Origin: an uncultured Pseudomonadota bacterium
Lineage (GTDB): Bacteria; Pseudomonadota; Gammaproteobacteria; Burkholderiales; SG8-39
Length of the DNA stretch: 64,000 nt
Reading direction: 5' to 3'
Assembly (NCBI GenBank): GCA_937907425.1
Contig: CALCIE010000082.1
Location: 13,505-77,504, forward strand
The position numbers and the translations under genes were made by a program. Below are positions 21,475-30,026 of this stretch, in pieces (within the stretch, counting starts at the first letter, position 1; each line of letters starts with the position of its first letter). The notes below the pieces were generated by a model, which worked only from the letters and a program-made list of their open reading frames with translations, did not search any database and was not told where the DNA came from.

Positions 21475-22935
21475 ATGGATCGTTACGGAATCGACGCGCG
21501 CCTGCGCGAAGCCCTGCGTGCCAGCGGCGAAGTCGAGGCGAGCCAGCTGGCCGAACGCGCCTTCGCGCGAGCGACGGGCGCCGAACTGGTCGGCGGCAAC
21601 GCGGTGCGCATCCTGCGCGATGCGGAGGAACACTTCCCCGCGTGGCTGGAGGCCATCCGCAGCGCCGAGGATGTGATCTACCTCGAAAGCTACATCATCG
21701 CCGACGACCGCATCGGCCGCATGTTCGTCGACGCGCTCGCCGAACGCGCCCGCCGCGGGGTCGAGGTCTACGTTCTCTACGACTGGCTGGGTTCCCTGCG
21801 GTCGCGCTTCCTCTGGAAACCCCTGCTCGACGCCGGCGCCGAAGTGCGGCCCTTCAATCCCTTCCGTTTCGACGAGCCCTTCGGCTGGACGATGCGCGAT
21901 CACCGCAAGATGCTCGCGGTGGACGGACGCGTGGGCTACGTCACCGGGCTGTGCCTGAGCAGCAAGTGGTGCGGCGACCCGGCCAAGGGCATCGAGCCGT
22001 GGCGCGACACCGGTATCGAGATCCGCGGGCCGGCGGTGCTGGAACTGGAAGCCGCGTTCGCGCGCGCCTGGATGGCGAGCGGGGCCGAATCGCCGCCGCT
22101 GCGGGTGCCGGACCGGCGGGTCGAGCACGCGGGCGACACGGCGTTGCGCGTCGTGGCGAGCGAGCCCAATACGGCGAATGTGTTTCGCCTGGACCAGCTG
22201 GTGGCCGCCGTGGCGAGCCAGCGCCTGTGGCTCACGGACGCGTACTTCGTCGGCATCACGCCCTACGTGCGCGCGCTCTGCGACGCCGCGCTCGACGGCG
22301 TGGACGTGCGCCTGCTCGTACCGGGGGCGAGCGACCTGCCGATCGTGAGCCGTCTCTCGCGCGCGGGCTACCGGCCGCTGCTCGAGGCCGGCGTGCGCAT
22401 CTTCGAGTGGAACGGCAGCATGCTGCACGCCAAGACCGCCGTGGCCGACGCCCGCTGGGCGCGCGTGGGCTCCACCAACCTCAACTTCGCCAGCTGGATG
22501 AACAACTACGAGCTCGACGTGGCAATCGAGGACGAGGCCTTCGCGGCGCAGATGGCGGCGATGTACGAAGAGGATCTGGAACGCAGCACCGAGATCGTGC
22601 TCGGCAGGCGCAACCGCGTGATGCGCATCGCGCCGCGCGAACGCCGCACGCGGCGGGCGCTCTCCGGTAGCGCGGGACGCGCGGCGGCCGGCGCGCTGTC
22701 GGTCGGCAGCGCCTTGGGCGCGGCGCTCGCGCGGCGGCGCGTGCTGGGGCCGGCCGAGTCCAGCGTGCTGGCCACGATGGCGGCTTTTTTCCTGCTGTCG
22801 TCGATCCTGGCCCTGTTGTGGCCGCTGGTGTTCGCCATCCCGTTCGCGGTGCTGACGGCCTGGATCGGGGTCGCGCTGGCGTGGCGCGCGCTGCGGCTGC
22901 GGCGCGCGGTCAGGGCGAACGAACCGCCGGGTTGA
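21475..22935 (+). CDS. phospholipase D / cardiolipin synthase family protein with C-terminal membrane hairpin
   Basis: Two HKD motifs (RDHRKMLAVDG; MLHAKTAVADARWARVGSTNLN). About 40 hydrophobic residues near the C-terminus. Confidence 0.75.
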   Translation: MDRYGIDARLREALRASGEVEASQLAERAFARATGAELVGGNAVRILRDAEEHFPAWLEAIRSAEDVIYLESYIIADDRIGRMFVDALAERARRGVEVYVLYDWLGSLRSRFLWKPLLDAGAEVRPFNPFRFDEPFGWTMRDHRKMLAVDGRVGYVTGLCLSSKWCGDPAKGIEPWRDTGIEIRGPAVLELEAAFARAWMASGAESPPLRVPDRRVEHAGDTALRVVASEPNTANVFRLDQLVAAVASQRLWLTDAYFVGITPYVRALCDAALDGVDVRLLVPGASDLPIVSRLSRAGYRPLLEAGVRIFEWNGSMLHAKTAVADARWARVGSTNLNFASWMNNYELDVAIEDEAFAAQMAAMYEEDLERSTEIVLGRRNRVMRIAPRERRTRRALSGSAGRAAAGALSVGSALGAALARRRVLGPAESSVLATMAAFFLLSSILALLWPLVFAIPFAVLTAWIGVALAWRALRLRRAVRANEPPG

Positions 22936-22983
22936 AGAGGAACTGGTTTTAAGCGCGGCAGTCTGCTATTATTCGCGCCCGTT

Positions 22984-23060
22984 GCGCCCGTAGCTCAGTT
23001 GGATAGAGTACTTGGCTACGAACCAAGGGGTCGGAGGTTCGAATCCTTCCGGGCGCGCCA
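22984..23060 (+). tRNA. tRNA-Arg (anticodon ACG), CCA encoded
   Basis: Acceptor GCGCCCG/CGGGCGC, anticodon loop CTACGAA, T-loop GGTTCGAATCC. Confidence 0.9.
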
Positions 23061-23076
23061 ACGCTCACTACGATTG

Positions 23077-23106
23077 ACGCCGAGGCTTCCCTCGGCGTTT
23101 TTCGTT
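23077..23106 (+). terminator. rho-independent terminator after tRNA-Arg
   Basis: Stem ACGCCGAGG (23077-23085) / CCTCGGCGT (23090-23098), loop CTTC, then TTTTTCGTT. Confidence 0.75.
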
Positions 23107-23190
23107 CCTGCAGGTGTTGCAAGGCGTCGCCCGTTCGATGCCGTCCGCAACGCTTTCTTTGCAACGTCGCCCGACCGCACGTACCACGCC

Positions 23191-24273
23191 CTATGGCGCT
23201 TGCTGCGCGCGCCGCGCGGCGCGACGGCCTTCCGGGCTTTCGAGCACGTCCTCGACGTAGAGCTCGCGCACCAGCACCATCGTCACCACCGCGAGCGGCG
23301 TGGCGAACAGCACGCCGAGTATCCCGAACAGCACGCCGAAGGCCACTACCGATACGAGCGCGATGGCGGGCGGCAGCGCCACCGCCCAACGCTGCGCGAG
23401 CGGCGTGATGAGATTGCCTTCCAACTGCTGCACGACGAGGTACACGATCGCGGCGTAGAGCGCGATGTCCGGCCCGACGGTGAAACCCATGAGGATGCCT
23501 GGGATGGCGGCGGCGATGGGACCGATGATCGGGACGAAGTCCGCCAGCCCCGCGACGATGCCGAGCGCGAGCGCAAGCGGTACGCCGGCGATCGCCAGTC
23601 CGATGCCGGTCGCGATGCCGACGCCCAGCATCGCGATGCCCTGGCCGAGCAGCCATTTGCGTAACGCGCGGCCGGCGGACAGCAGAGCCCGTTCGGCGTT
23701 GTCGCGGCCGGCGATTGGGATCAGCCGCAAGGCGCCTTTCAGGTACCGGCGCGGTTCGAGCGCAAGATAGAGCGCGAGGAACACGATGAGCAGCGCGTTC
23801 GCGACCGCACCGAGCGTGACGGTGGCGAAACGCGTGAGGCCTTTCAGCGTGCCCGAAGTGCTTTCGCCGGCGCGCTCGATCGCGTCGTTCATCGTGCCGG
23901 CGAGCGGCGAGCGCTCGATCCGTTCCATGATCTGCTGCGCCGCTTCCGGCAGGCGGCGCGCGAGCTCTCCCATCTGTTGGACGATCTGATTGCCGAACAA
24001 CCAGGCCGCGCCGGCGACGATCGCCGTCAGCACGAGCACGACGAGGATCACGCTCCAGCGTTCGGACAGATGCAGCCGCCGATGCAGCGGGTCGGCCAGG
24101 GCGCGCAGCACGGTGGCGAATACGATGCCGGCGAAAGCGAGCAGCAGCACGTCGGCGAGTGCCCAGGCGAGCAGGGCGGTCGCACCGATCACGACGGTGA
24201 CGCTCACATAGCGCGCATAGCTGCGGATATCGATCAACGAGACGTACCCGGTTGTTTTGTCTACCGTTTGCAA
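23191..24273 (-). CDS. AI-2E family transporter (PerM-like permease)
   Basis: About 8-TM protein with the typical AI-2E C-terminal half ([12 protein letters not shown]...). TTG start uncertain. Confidence 0.75.
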   Translation of the reverse strand: MQTVDKTTGYVSLIDIRSYARYVSVTVVIGATALLAWALADVLLLAFAGIVFATVLRALADPLHRRLHLSERWSVILVVLVLTAIVAGAAWLFGNQIVQQMGELARRLPEAAQQIMERIERSPLAGTMNDAIERAGESTSGTLKGLTRFATVTLGAVANALLIVFLALYLALEPRRYLKGALRLIPIAGRDNAERALLSAGRALRKWLLGQGIAMLGVGIATGIGLAIAGVPLALALGIVAGLADFVPIIGPIAAAIPGILMGFTVGPDIALYAAIVYLVVQQLEGNLITPLAQRWAVALPPAIALVSVVAFGVLFGILGVLFATPLAVVTMVLVRELYVEDVLESPEGRRAARRAQQAP

Positions 24274-24339
24274 GTTCGAGGCCCGCGCCGGAACGGCTTA
24301 TGCAGGGATGCGGGCGTTCAAGCCGTACGGAGGGCCGCG

Positions 24340-24948
24340 ATGAGTGCAGGCATTGAGCGTCCCAGCCGCGCACAGGCCGAGGAGGCGGTACGCACCCTGA
24401 TCCGATGGGCCGGCGACGATCCGGACCGCGAGGGCCTGCGCGACACGCCCGGACGCGTGGTCCGGGCTTACGAGGAATTCTTTTCCGGTTACGCCGAAGA
24501 TCCGGTGAAGGTGCTGGAGCGCACCTTCACGGAAGTGGACGGTTATGACGAGATGATCGTCATGAACGACATCCGCTTCGAAAGTCATTGCGAGCATCAC
24601 ATGGCGCCGATCATCGGCAAGGCGCACATCGGTTATCTGCCGGACCGGCGTGTCGTAGGCATCTCCAAACTCGCGCGCCTGGTGGACATTTATGCACGTC
24701 GGCTGCAAATCCAGGAAAAGATGACCGTGCAGATCGCCGATACCCTGATGCAGGTGTTGCGTCCCAAGGGCGTGGCCGTGGTCCTCGAAGCCGCCCATCA
24801 ATGCATGACCACGCGCGGCGTCCACAAGCCGGGCGTCACGCTCGTCACCAGCCGCATGGTCGGCATTTTCCGCACCAACAGCGATACGCGGCGCGAATTC
24901 CTGGAAATCGCCCGCGTGCGCGGCACCAGCGTTCCCGACTTCACCTGA
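24340..24948 (+). CDS. folE: GTP cyclohydrolase I (FolE type I)
   Basis: [32 protein letters not shown] zinc motif, [19 protein letters not shown]. Confidence 0.9.
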   Translation: MSAGIERPSRAQAEEAVRTLIRWAGDDPDREGLRDTPGRVVRAYEEFFSGYAEDPVKVLERTFTEVDGYDEMIVMNDIRFESHCEHHMAPIIGKAHIGYLPDRRVVGISKLARLVDIYARRLQIQEKMTVQIADTLMQVLRPKGVAVVLEAAHQCMTTRGVHKPGVTLVTSRMVGIFRTNSDTRREFLEIARVRGTSVPDFT

Positions 24949-25029
24949 ATAGTGCGCACGCCGCTTGTATGCGGCTCCGGTGAACCCCCGCGCCGCGTGG
25001 CGCGCCGAGGGAAGTCAAAGGAGACGAAG

Positions 25030-25458
25030 ATGCGAGTGAGCGAAGCAATGACGCGCGACGTGCGCGTGGCCGATCCGCGACAGACCATCCGCGAAGCTGC
25101 GCGGATCATGGCGGAGATCGATGCCGGCGTGTTGCCGGTTGGCGAAGACGACCGCCTGGTGGGGATGATCACCGACCGCGATATCGCCGTGCGTGCGGTG
25201 GCATTCGGCAAAGGCCCCGATACGCCGGTGCGCGAAGTCATGAGCGAGGAAGTGCTGTACTGCTTCGAGGATGACGACATCGACGAAGTGGCCGAGAACA
25301 TGAGCAGCGTGCGAGTGCGGCGGTTGCCGGTGGTGAACCAGGACAAGCGCCTGGTCGGCATCGTGTCTCTGGGCGATCTCGCCGTGACGCAGGGCGGCGA
25401 CGCGGCGGGCAAGGCGATGGAGGGCATCGCGAGACCCGGCGGACCACATTCCCAGTGA
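25030..25458 (+). CDS. CBS domain pair protein
   Basis: Two CBS motifs (VSEAMTRDV...GMITDRDI; VREVMSEEV...GIVSLGDL). SD AAGGAGA 6 nt upstream of ATG. Confidence 0.8.
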   Translation: MRVSEAMTRDVRVADPRQTIREAARIMAEIDAGVLPVGEDDRLVGMITDRDIAVRAVAFGKGPDTPVREVMSEEVLYCFEDDDIDEVAENMSSVRVRRLPVVNQDKRLVGIVSLGDLAVTQGGDAAGKAMEGIARPGGPHSQ

Positions 25459-25600
25459 GACGCCGTTCCCGGCTGTCCCCGACATCGTGGCGCGGGGTAT
25501 GGGGCTTGCACCACTGTGAGACGCGGCCCCTTTGCGCCGCGCATCACCGTGCCGGAGGTTCGCGCAAGCGGACTTCGGCCGTCCGGAAGGAGAGAGCAAA

Positions 25601-26911
25601 ATGGTGGAACGCAATCGCCAGGGCGAATACGACGAGCGCCGTGCCGGCGAGCGGGAAGATTCGTACTCGGCTCAGCAGCAACGCCAGTCCTCGCAGGATC
25701 GCTACGGCGCTCGGGGCGACTGGCAACGCGAGGGGCGTCAGCCCTCACAGCAGAACTACGGACAACAGGACTATGGCCGTCAGCAGTGGCAGCAGGATAG
25801 CGGCCAGTCACGGCAACGCGAACCGTACTATCCCCACTACGGCGACATGCAGGGCTACGGCGGATTCATGGGGCACGGTTCGCCGGACGAAGAACGCCGT
25901 TACGGCCAGCAGCAGGGCGGGCAGGAGCGCTATCAGAGCGAGCACGACATTCCCGTGTACGGTTCGGGCCGCGGACCTTATGCCACGCTGGCGGGCTACG
26001 GCGCGTATAGAGGCATGGGGCCGGAAAACTACGACGTCGGTCAGCGCCAGCGCGAAGGCTCGTGGCAGGGAAGCGATACGCACCGTCCTTCCTACGGACC
26101 TTACGGCGGACAGATGTCGCAGCGCGATTACGGTGCCTACGGTGCGCAGGGCTACGGCGGCGAGGGCGGTTCGGGCGCGCAGGGTTACGGCGGTCAGGGC
26201 GCCTACGGCCGATACGGCTCGCAAAGCGATTATGGTACGCCCGGCGGCTACGCGGGCGACCGTGTGTACCGGCAGCAGAGCGGCGCGCAGCACGAAACCG
26301 GCGGCGGCGCGCACTACGGCGGTCAAGTGAGCTACGGACAAGGCGCGTACGGCGGCTACGGCCAGGGCGAGTGGGGCCGTTCGAGCGGGCAGAGCGGTCC
26401 GAGCTGGGGCAACTGGGGCCAGTCCGGCCCCGCCGCCAAACAGCAGCGTCGCGGACCGAAGGGCTATCAACGTTCCGACGAACGCCTGAAGGAAGACATC
26501 TGCGAACGGCTGATGAACCGCTGGGACATCGATTCCAGCGACGTCAGCATCGAGGTCTCGGGCGGCAACGTGATCCTGGAAGGCAACGTTCCCGAACGCC
26601 GTATGCGTCACGCGATCGAGGATCTCGTCGACGATTGCTACGGCGTGCGCGACATCGACAACCGTCTGCGCGTGCAGCGCTTCTACGGCGAGACGACTTC
26701 CGGTGCCGCGGCGGAAAGCCGTTCCCAATATGGACAGAGCGTCTCGCAGCAAAGCGGTTCGCAATCGGGCCAATCGTCCGGGAGCGGCACTCAACAGAAC
26801 ATCACCGCCGCGCAGACGGGGCAGGATTCGGCCACCGACGCGCGCATGGGTTCGACCGCGCCTTCGAGCGCACCGGCACGCGCCGCATCGACGATCAAGA
26901 AAGACGAATGA
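25601..26911 (+). CDS. BON domain protein with about 300-aa Q/G/Y/R/S-rich low-complexity N-terminal region
   Basis: C-terminal BON-like segment SDERLKEDICERL...DVSIEVSGGNVILEGNVPERRMRHAIEDLV...VRDIDNRLRV. N-terminus is repetitive YG/QQ/GG. SD GGAAGGAGAG. No signal peptide. Confidence 0.75.
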   Translation: MVERNRQGEYDERRAGEREDSYSAQQQRQSSQDRYGARGDWQREGRQPSQQNYGQQDYGRQQWQQDSGQSRQREPYYPHYGDMQGYGGFMGHGSPDEERRYGQQQGGQERYQSEHDIPVYGSGRGPYATLAGYGAYRGMGPENYDVGQRQREGSWQGSDTHRPSYGPYGGQMSQRDYGAYGAQGYGGEGGSGAQGYGGQGAYGRYGSQSDYGTPGGYAGDRVYRQQSGAQHETGGGAHYGGQVSYGQGAYGGYGQGEWGRSSGQSGPSWGNWGQSGPAAKQQRRGPKGYQRSDERLKEDICERLMNRWDIDSSDVSIEVSGGNVILEGNVPERRMRHAIEDLVDDCYGVRDIDNRLRVQRFYGETTSGAAAESRSQYGQSVSQQSGSQSGQSSGSGTQQNITAAQTGQDSATDARMGSTAPSSAPARAASTIKKDE

Positions 26912-26915
26912 AGCT

Positions 26916-26948
26916 TCGGCCTCCGAGTCCGTGTGGGACGGAGGCCGA
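26916..26948 (+). terminator. hairpin after BON gene (possible weak terminator)
   Basis: 10-bp stem TCGGCCTCCG (26916-26925) / CGGAGGCCGA (26939-26948). Poor U-tract. Confidence 0.4.
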
Positions 26949-27037
26949 CATCTTCGGTCAGATTGCACCGACCGGCATAGGCATTGCGACTGTCAACGCG
27001 TGGCTTCGCATCGAAGCCGGACAACAGGAGACACGCG

Positions 27038-27412
27038 ATGAAAGATCTACGCACCTTGACGGTCGCTTCCACGTTTGCGGCGTTGTTCGCCGCCGCACCG
27101 CTCCATGCGGCCGAGACTTCGCAAGGCCGTGTGCAGGACAGCCCGCAACAGTTGGGCGGCCCGGGCGCTGAAGGTCGCAGCAATCCCGGCGATACCGGTC
27201 GCGCTGCGACGACAGAAGAGGCCGAACGTTACGGCGGTCAATCGGACAGCGTGTCGGGCAGCACCGGCGGGCGAGGCCAACCGGGCTCGCAGGACATCGA
27301 TCAGCGCGGCAGTGCCGCGCCCGAGCGCGGGCAGCAGGGGGCGACCGAACCGGGCAGTCCGGAATCCGGATCGTCCAACCGTTCCGGTTCGCCTTCGTCA
27401 TCGCCGCGTTGA
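27038..27412 (+). CDS. exported low-complexity (G/S/P/Q/E-rich) protein, unknown function
   Basis: Signal peptide MKDLRTLTVASTFAALFAAAPLHA-AE; the rest is disordered-looking. SD CAGGAGA. Confidence 0.6.
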   Translation: MKDLRTLTVASTFAALFAAAPLHAAETSQGRVQDSPQQLGGPGAEGRSNPGDTGRAATTEEAERYGGQSDSVSGSTGGRGQPGSQDIDQRGSAAPERGQQGATEPGSPESGSSNRSGSPSSSPR

Positions 27413-27430
27413 ACGCAGCGTCGCGCACAG

Positions 27431-27455
27431 GGCCGGCTCGCCGCCGGCCTTTTTC
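27431..27455 (+). terminator. rho-independent terminator
   Basis: Stem GGCCGGC (27431-27437) / GCCGGCC (27443-27449) followed by TTTTT. Confidence 0.75.
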
Positions 27456-27561
27456 ATGCGCTACGTCGCAGTGGGGCGAAGGCATGCGCTTTGCCCGCTT
27501 GATGCGTCGGGGCGCATCGCGTCACGGCTTCCTTGCAAGAAATCCGGACAGGAGACAAGGC

Positions 27562-27996
27562 ATGAGACAGATCAGCACGCTTGCAGCAGGCGCGCTCGCC
27601 CTCGCGCTGTGTGCATTGCCGGCGTCCGCACAGACAGGCGGCACATCGGGTAGCGGCACCGGCGCAGCGACGCCCGGTGCGGAACCGAGCGGTACGACGC
27701 CCGGATCGAGCGCCATCGGCAGCCATCCGCGTTCCGCCGACAGCATCGATGGCACCGGCGTGGGCAGTCCTTCCATTCGCGGCGGCACCGGCGGAATGGG
27801 TTCAGGCACCGATCCGATGGAGAGCGATGTCGAGCGGGCGAGACGCGGCGATCGCGGCGACATGGATTCCCGCCGCGACCAGCAGATCCGCGACGAACAG
27901 CGGCGCGCCTACGAACGGCGTTCGCTGGAGCAGCAGCGCGGCAACCCCACCGGCACCGGCAGTCCCAGCGGACCGGCTTCCATACTGAACCGCTAA
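27562..27996 (+). CDS. exported low-complexity protein (G/T/S-rich then R/D/E/Q-rich), unknown function
   Basis: Signal peptide MRQISTLAAGALALALCALPASA-QT. SD CAGGAGACA nearly identical to that of the preceding exported gene. Confidence 0.6.
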   Translation: MRQISTLAAGALALALCALPASAQTGGTSGSGTGAATPGAEPSGTTPGSSAIGSHPRSADSIDGTGVGSPSIRGGTGGMGSGTDPMESDVERARRGDRGDMDSRRDQQIRDEQRRAYERRSLEQQRGNPTGTGSPSGPASILNR

Positions 27997-28038
27997 GCCG
28001 GTGCAGCCCAAGACCTGAACAGTACCAAGGACGAACCC

Positions 28039-29208
28039 ATGGCTCTCAATCTATTCGACTCCAAAGGCACACCTGTGGCGAAGCAGCGCTTTTCATGGCG
28101 CGAGCTGACGCCGAAGCCCATCAGCAAACTCGACGACGACGCCTTCACGCGCGTGCGCGTCATCCTCATGAACGGCGTCGAGTCGGATGCTGTGCGCCTG
28201 CAATACGCCATGCAGCGTTTCAACCGCGAACTGCGCCTGCCCATCGCCGAGATCATGCGCGCCGAGCATCACCAGCAGACCATGATCAACTGGCTGCTGA
28301 GCCCCGATCACTCGCCGCTGGAGATCACCATCGGCTACGAGCAGGTCGCGATCGAAGTGACTTCGTCGGTGGCGCAGAACGAGCCCGATCCCTATCTCGC
28401 GCAGGTGTACCGCTTCGGACTGCTGGAGGATTTCGATCACCTCTACCGCTACGCGGCGTTGATGGACCGCCTGGAAGGCAAGGATGCCAATAACATCCTG
28501 CAGGGATACACCGACATTATTCCGGGACGGCCGACTTCCATCCAGCACCGCCATCCCGAGGACGACCTGCGCGATCCGTACGGACCGGACTCCGATCCGC
28601 TCAGCAAGATCCATGCGGCGCTCATCACCGCGGCCGAATACCAGACCCACGAGTACTACATGCATTACGGTCCATGGTTCGCCGATCCGGTCGCGCGCCA
28701 GCTCTACGCCGAAATCGCCTCGGTGGAAGCGCAGCACGTCACGCAATACAGCTCGCTCATCAATCCGGACGACGACGGGCTTACGCAACTGCTCATGCAC
28801 GAAGCGATGGAGGTCTATACCTACTGGAGCTGCATGGAGCAGGAGGACAACCCCCGCATCAAGGCGATCTGGGAGCGCTTCTTCGACTACGAGCTGGGCC
28901 ACTTCCACACGGTGGCCGAGCTGTACAAGAAGACGCTGCGCAAGGATCCGCAGGCGCTGTTCCCCAAGGCCTTCGACCGGCGCATCGAGTTCAAGAGCCA
29001 TCGCGACTTCGTCGCACAGGTGTTGCAGGAAGAAGTGCACCTGCGCGCGCGCGGTCCGCGGTTCATCGAGGACAAGGACGCTGAGGGCGAGCGCACCATC
29101 GAGTACCGCGAAACGCTGAACGCGGACGGCATTCCGTCGGACGCGGCCTCCGCAGGCTACCAGTGGTATCCGGGCACGGAGCTGGCGCGCAAAGTCGTCA
29201 ATCTTTGA
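28039..29208 (+). CDS. ferritin-like superfamily protein (four ExxH-type motifs), unknown function
   Basis: Helical protein with LLEDFDHLY, AAEYQTHEY, SVEAQHVTQY, YELGHFH motifs. No signal peptide. Confidence 0.55.
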   Translation: MALNLFDSKGTPVAKQRFSWRELTPKPISKLDDDAFTRVRVILMNGVESDAVRLQYAMQRFNRELRLPIAEIMRAEHHQQTMINWLLSPDHSPLEITIGYEQVAIEVTSSVAQNEPDPYLAQVYRFGLLEDFDHLYRYAALMDRLEGKDANNILQGYTDIIPGRPTSIQHRHPEDDLRDPYGPDSDPLSKIHAALITAAEYQTHEYYMHYGPWFADPVARQLYAEIASVEAQHVTQYSSLINPDDDGLTQLLMHEAMEVYTYWSCMEQEDNPRIKAIWERFFDYELGHFHTVAELYKKTLRKDPQALFPKAFDRRIEFKSHRDFVAQVLQEEVHLRARGPRFIEDKDAEGERTIEYRETLNADGIPSDAASAGYQWYPGTELARKVVNL

Positions 29209-29233
29209 ACGCCGGCCGAACAGGAGACAGACC

Positions 29234-29977
29234 ATGGCAAAGTCCACCCAGATGGGGATGAACCGGACCGGGGCGCAGATGGCACCCGAGAACGTCAAAC
29301 AGATGCAGCAGGACGCCAGCCAGCTCATGCAACTGCAGGACACGCAGGTGCAGGTCGGCAGCGAGTTCGACGCGATCGAGATGCGGCTCAAGGAGATTGC
29401 CGAAACCGATCGCGTCGGTTCGGTGCCGCTGCCGGGCACGGTGAAGGGCGCGGTCAAGGCCGGCATGCAGAAGATGATGGGCCGCAACGCCGAGGTGTTC
29501 ATCGACAAGCTCGGCGAACGCCTGGCCTACGAGCGCACGGGCGTGCGGCTGTACGAGGCGCTGATCGTCAAATGCCGCGGCGCGGCGCAGGAAGGCCGGT
29601 TCAACGTGTCCATCGACCAGCTGCTGCACATCCATGACGAAGAGGCGCGCCACTTCAAGCTGCTCACCGAGGCCATGACGAAGCTGGGCGCGGATCCGAC
29701 GGCGATGACGCCCTGTGCGGACGTCGTGGGCGTGCAGTCGATCGGCATCCTGCAGGTGCTGACCGACCCGCGCACTTCGATCCCGCAATGCCTCAACGCC
29801 ATGCTGACCGTGGAGCTGGCGGACAACGCCGCCTGGGAACTGCTGATCCAGCTCGCGCAGGACATGGGACAGGACGATCTCGCCGAACAGTTCGAAGGCG
29901 CGCTGGCCGCGGAGGAAGAGCACCTTGCGATCGTCAAGCAGATGTTGCAGGACGCCGTGCAGGCCGAAGCGGGATGA
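29234..29977 (+). CDS. ferritin-like diiron domain protein, unknown function
   Basis: C-terminal about 150 aa carry E (LAYERTG) / ExxH (DEEARHF) / E (TVELADN) / ExxH (AEEEHLA), arranged as in ferritin-like four-helix bundles. About 90-aa unrelated N-terminal extension. Confidence 0.6.
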   Translation: MAKSTQMGMNRTGAQMAPENVKQMQQDASQLMQLQDTQVQVGSEFDAIEMRLKEIAETDRVGSVPLPGTVKGAVKAGMQKMMGRNAEVFIDKLGERLAYERTGVRLYEALIVKCRGAAQEGRFNVSIDQLLHIHDEEARHFKLLTEAMTKLGADPTAMTPCADVVGVQSIGILQVLTDPRTSIPQCLNAMLTVELADNAAWELLIQLAQDMGQDDLAEQFEGALAAEEEHLAIVKQMLQDAVQAEAG

Positions 29978-29996
29978 GCGGCGGCTGAAGGAACGA

Positions 29997-30026
29997 ACGG
30001 CCCGCGCGAGCGGGCCGTTTCGCTTT
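29997..30026. terminator. bidirectional terminator between ferritin-like gene and zwf
   Basis: Stem ACGGCCCGC (29997-30005) / GCGGGCCGT (30010-30018), loop GCGA, then TTCGCTTT. Confidence 0.7.

Noticed and set aside
25650-26450. Repetitive GGC/TAC/CAG-rich DNA considered as a tandem repeat or CRISPR-like array
   Set aside because: There is no fixed repeat unit or repeat-spacer periodicity. The degeneracy is at the protein level (YG/QG units) within one continuous, well-initiated ORF.
24949-27561. Search for a shared alternative-sigma promoter (EcfG-like GGAAC-N16-CGTT, sigma54 GG-N10-GC, RpoS-type -10) upstream of the stress-cluster genes
   Set aside because: I could find no convincing shared motif by eye. 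Only the SD regions and the CCGGACA..AGGAGACA segment of the two exported genes are similar.
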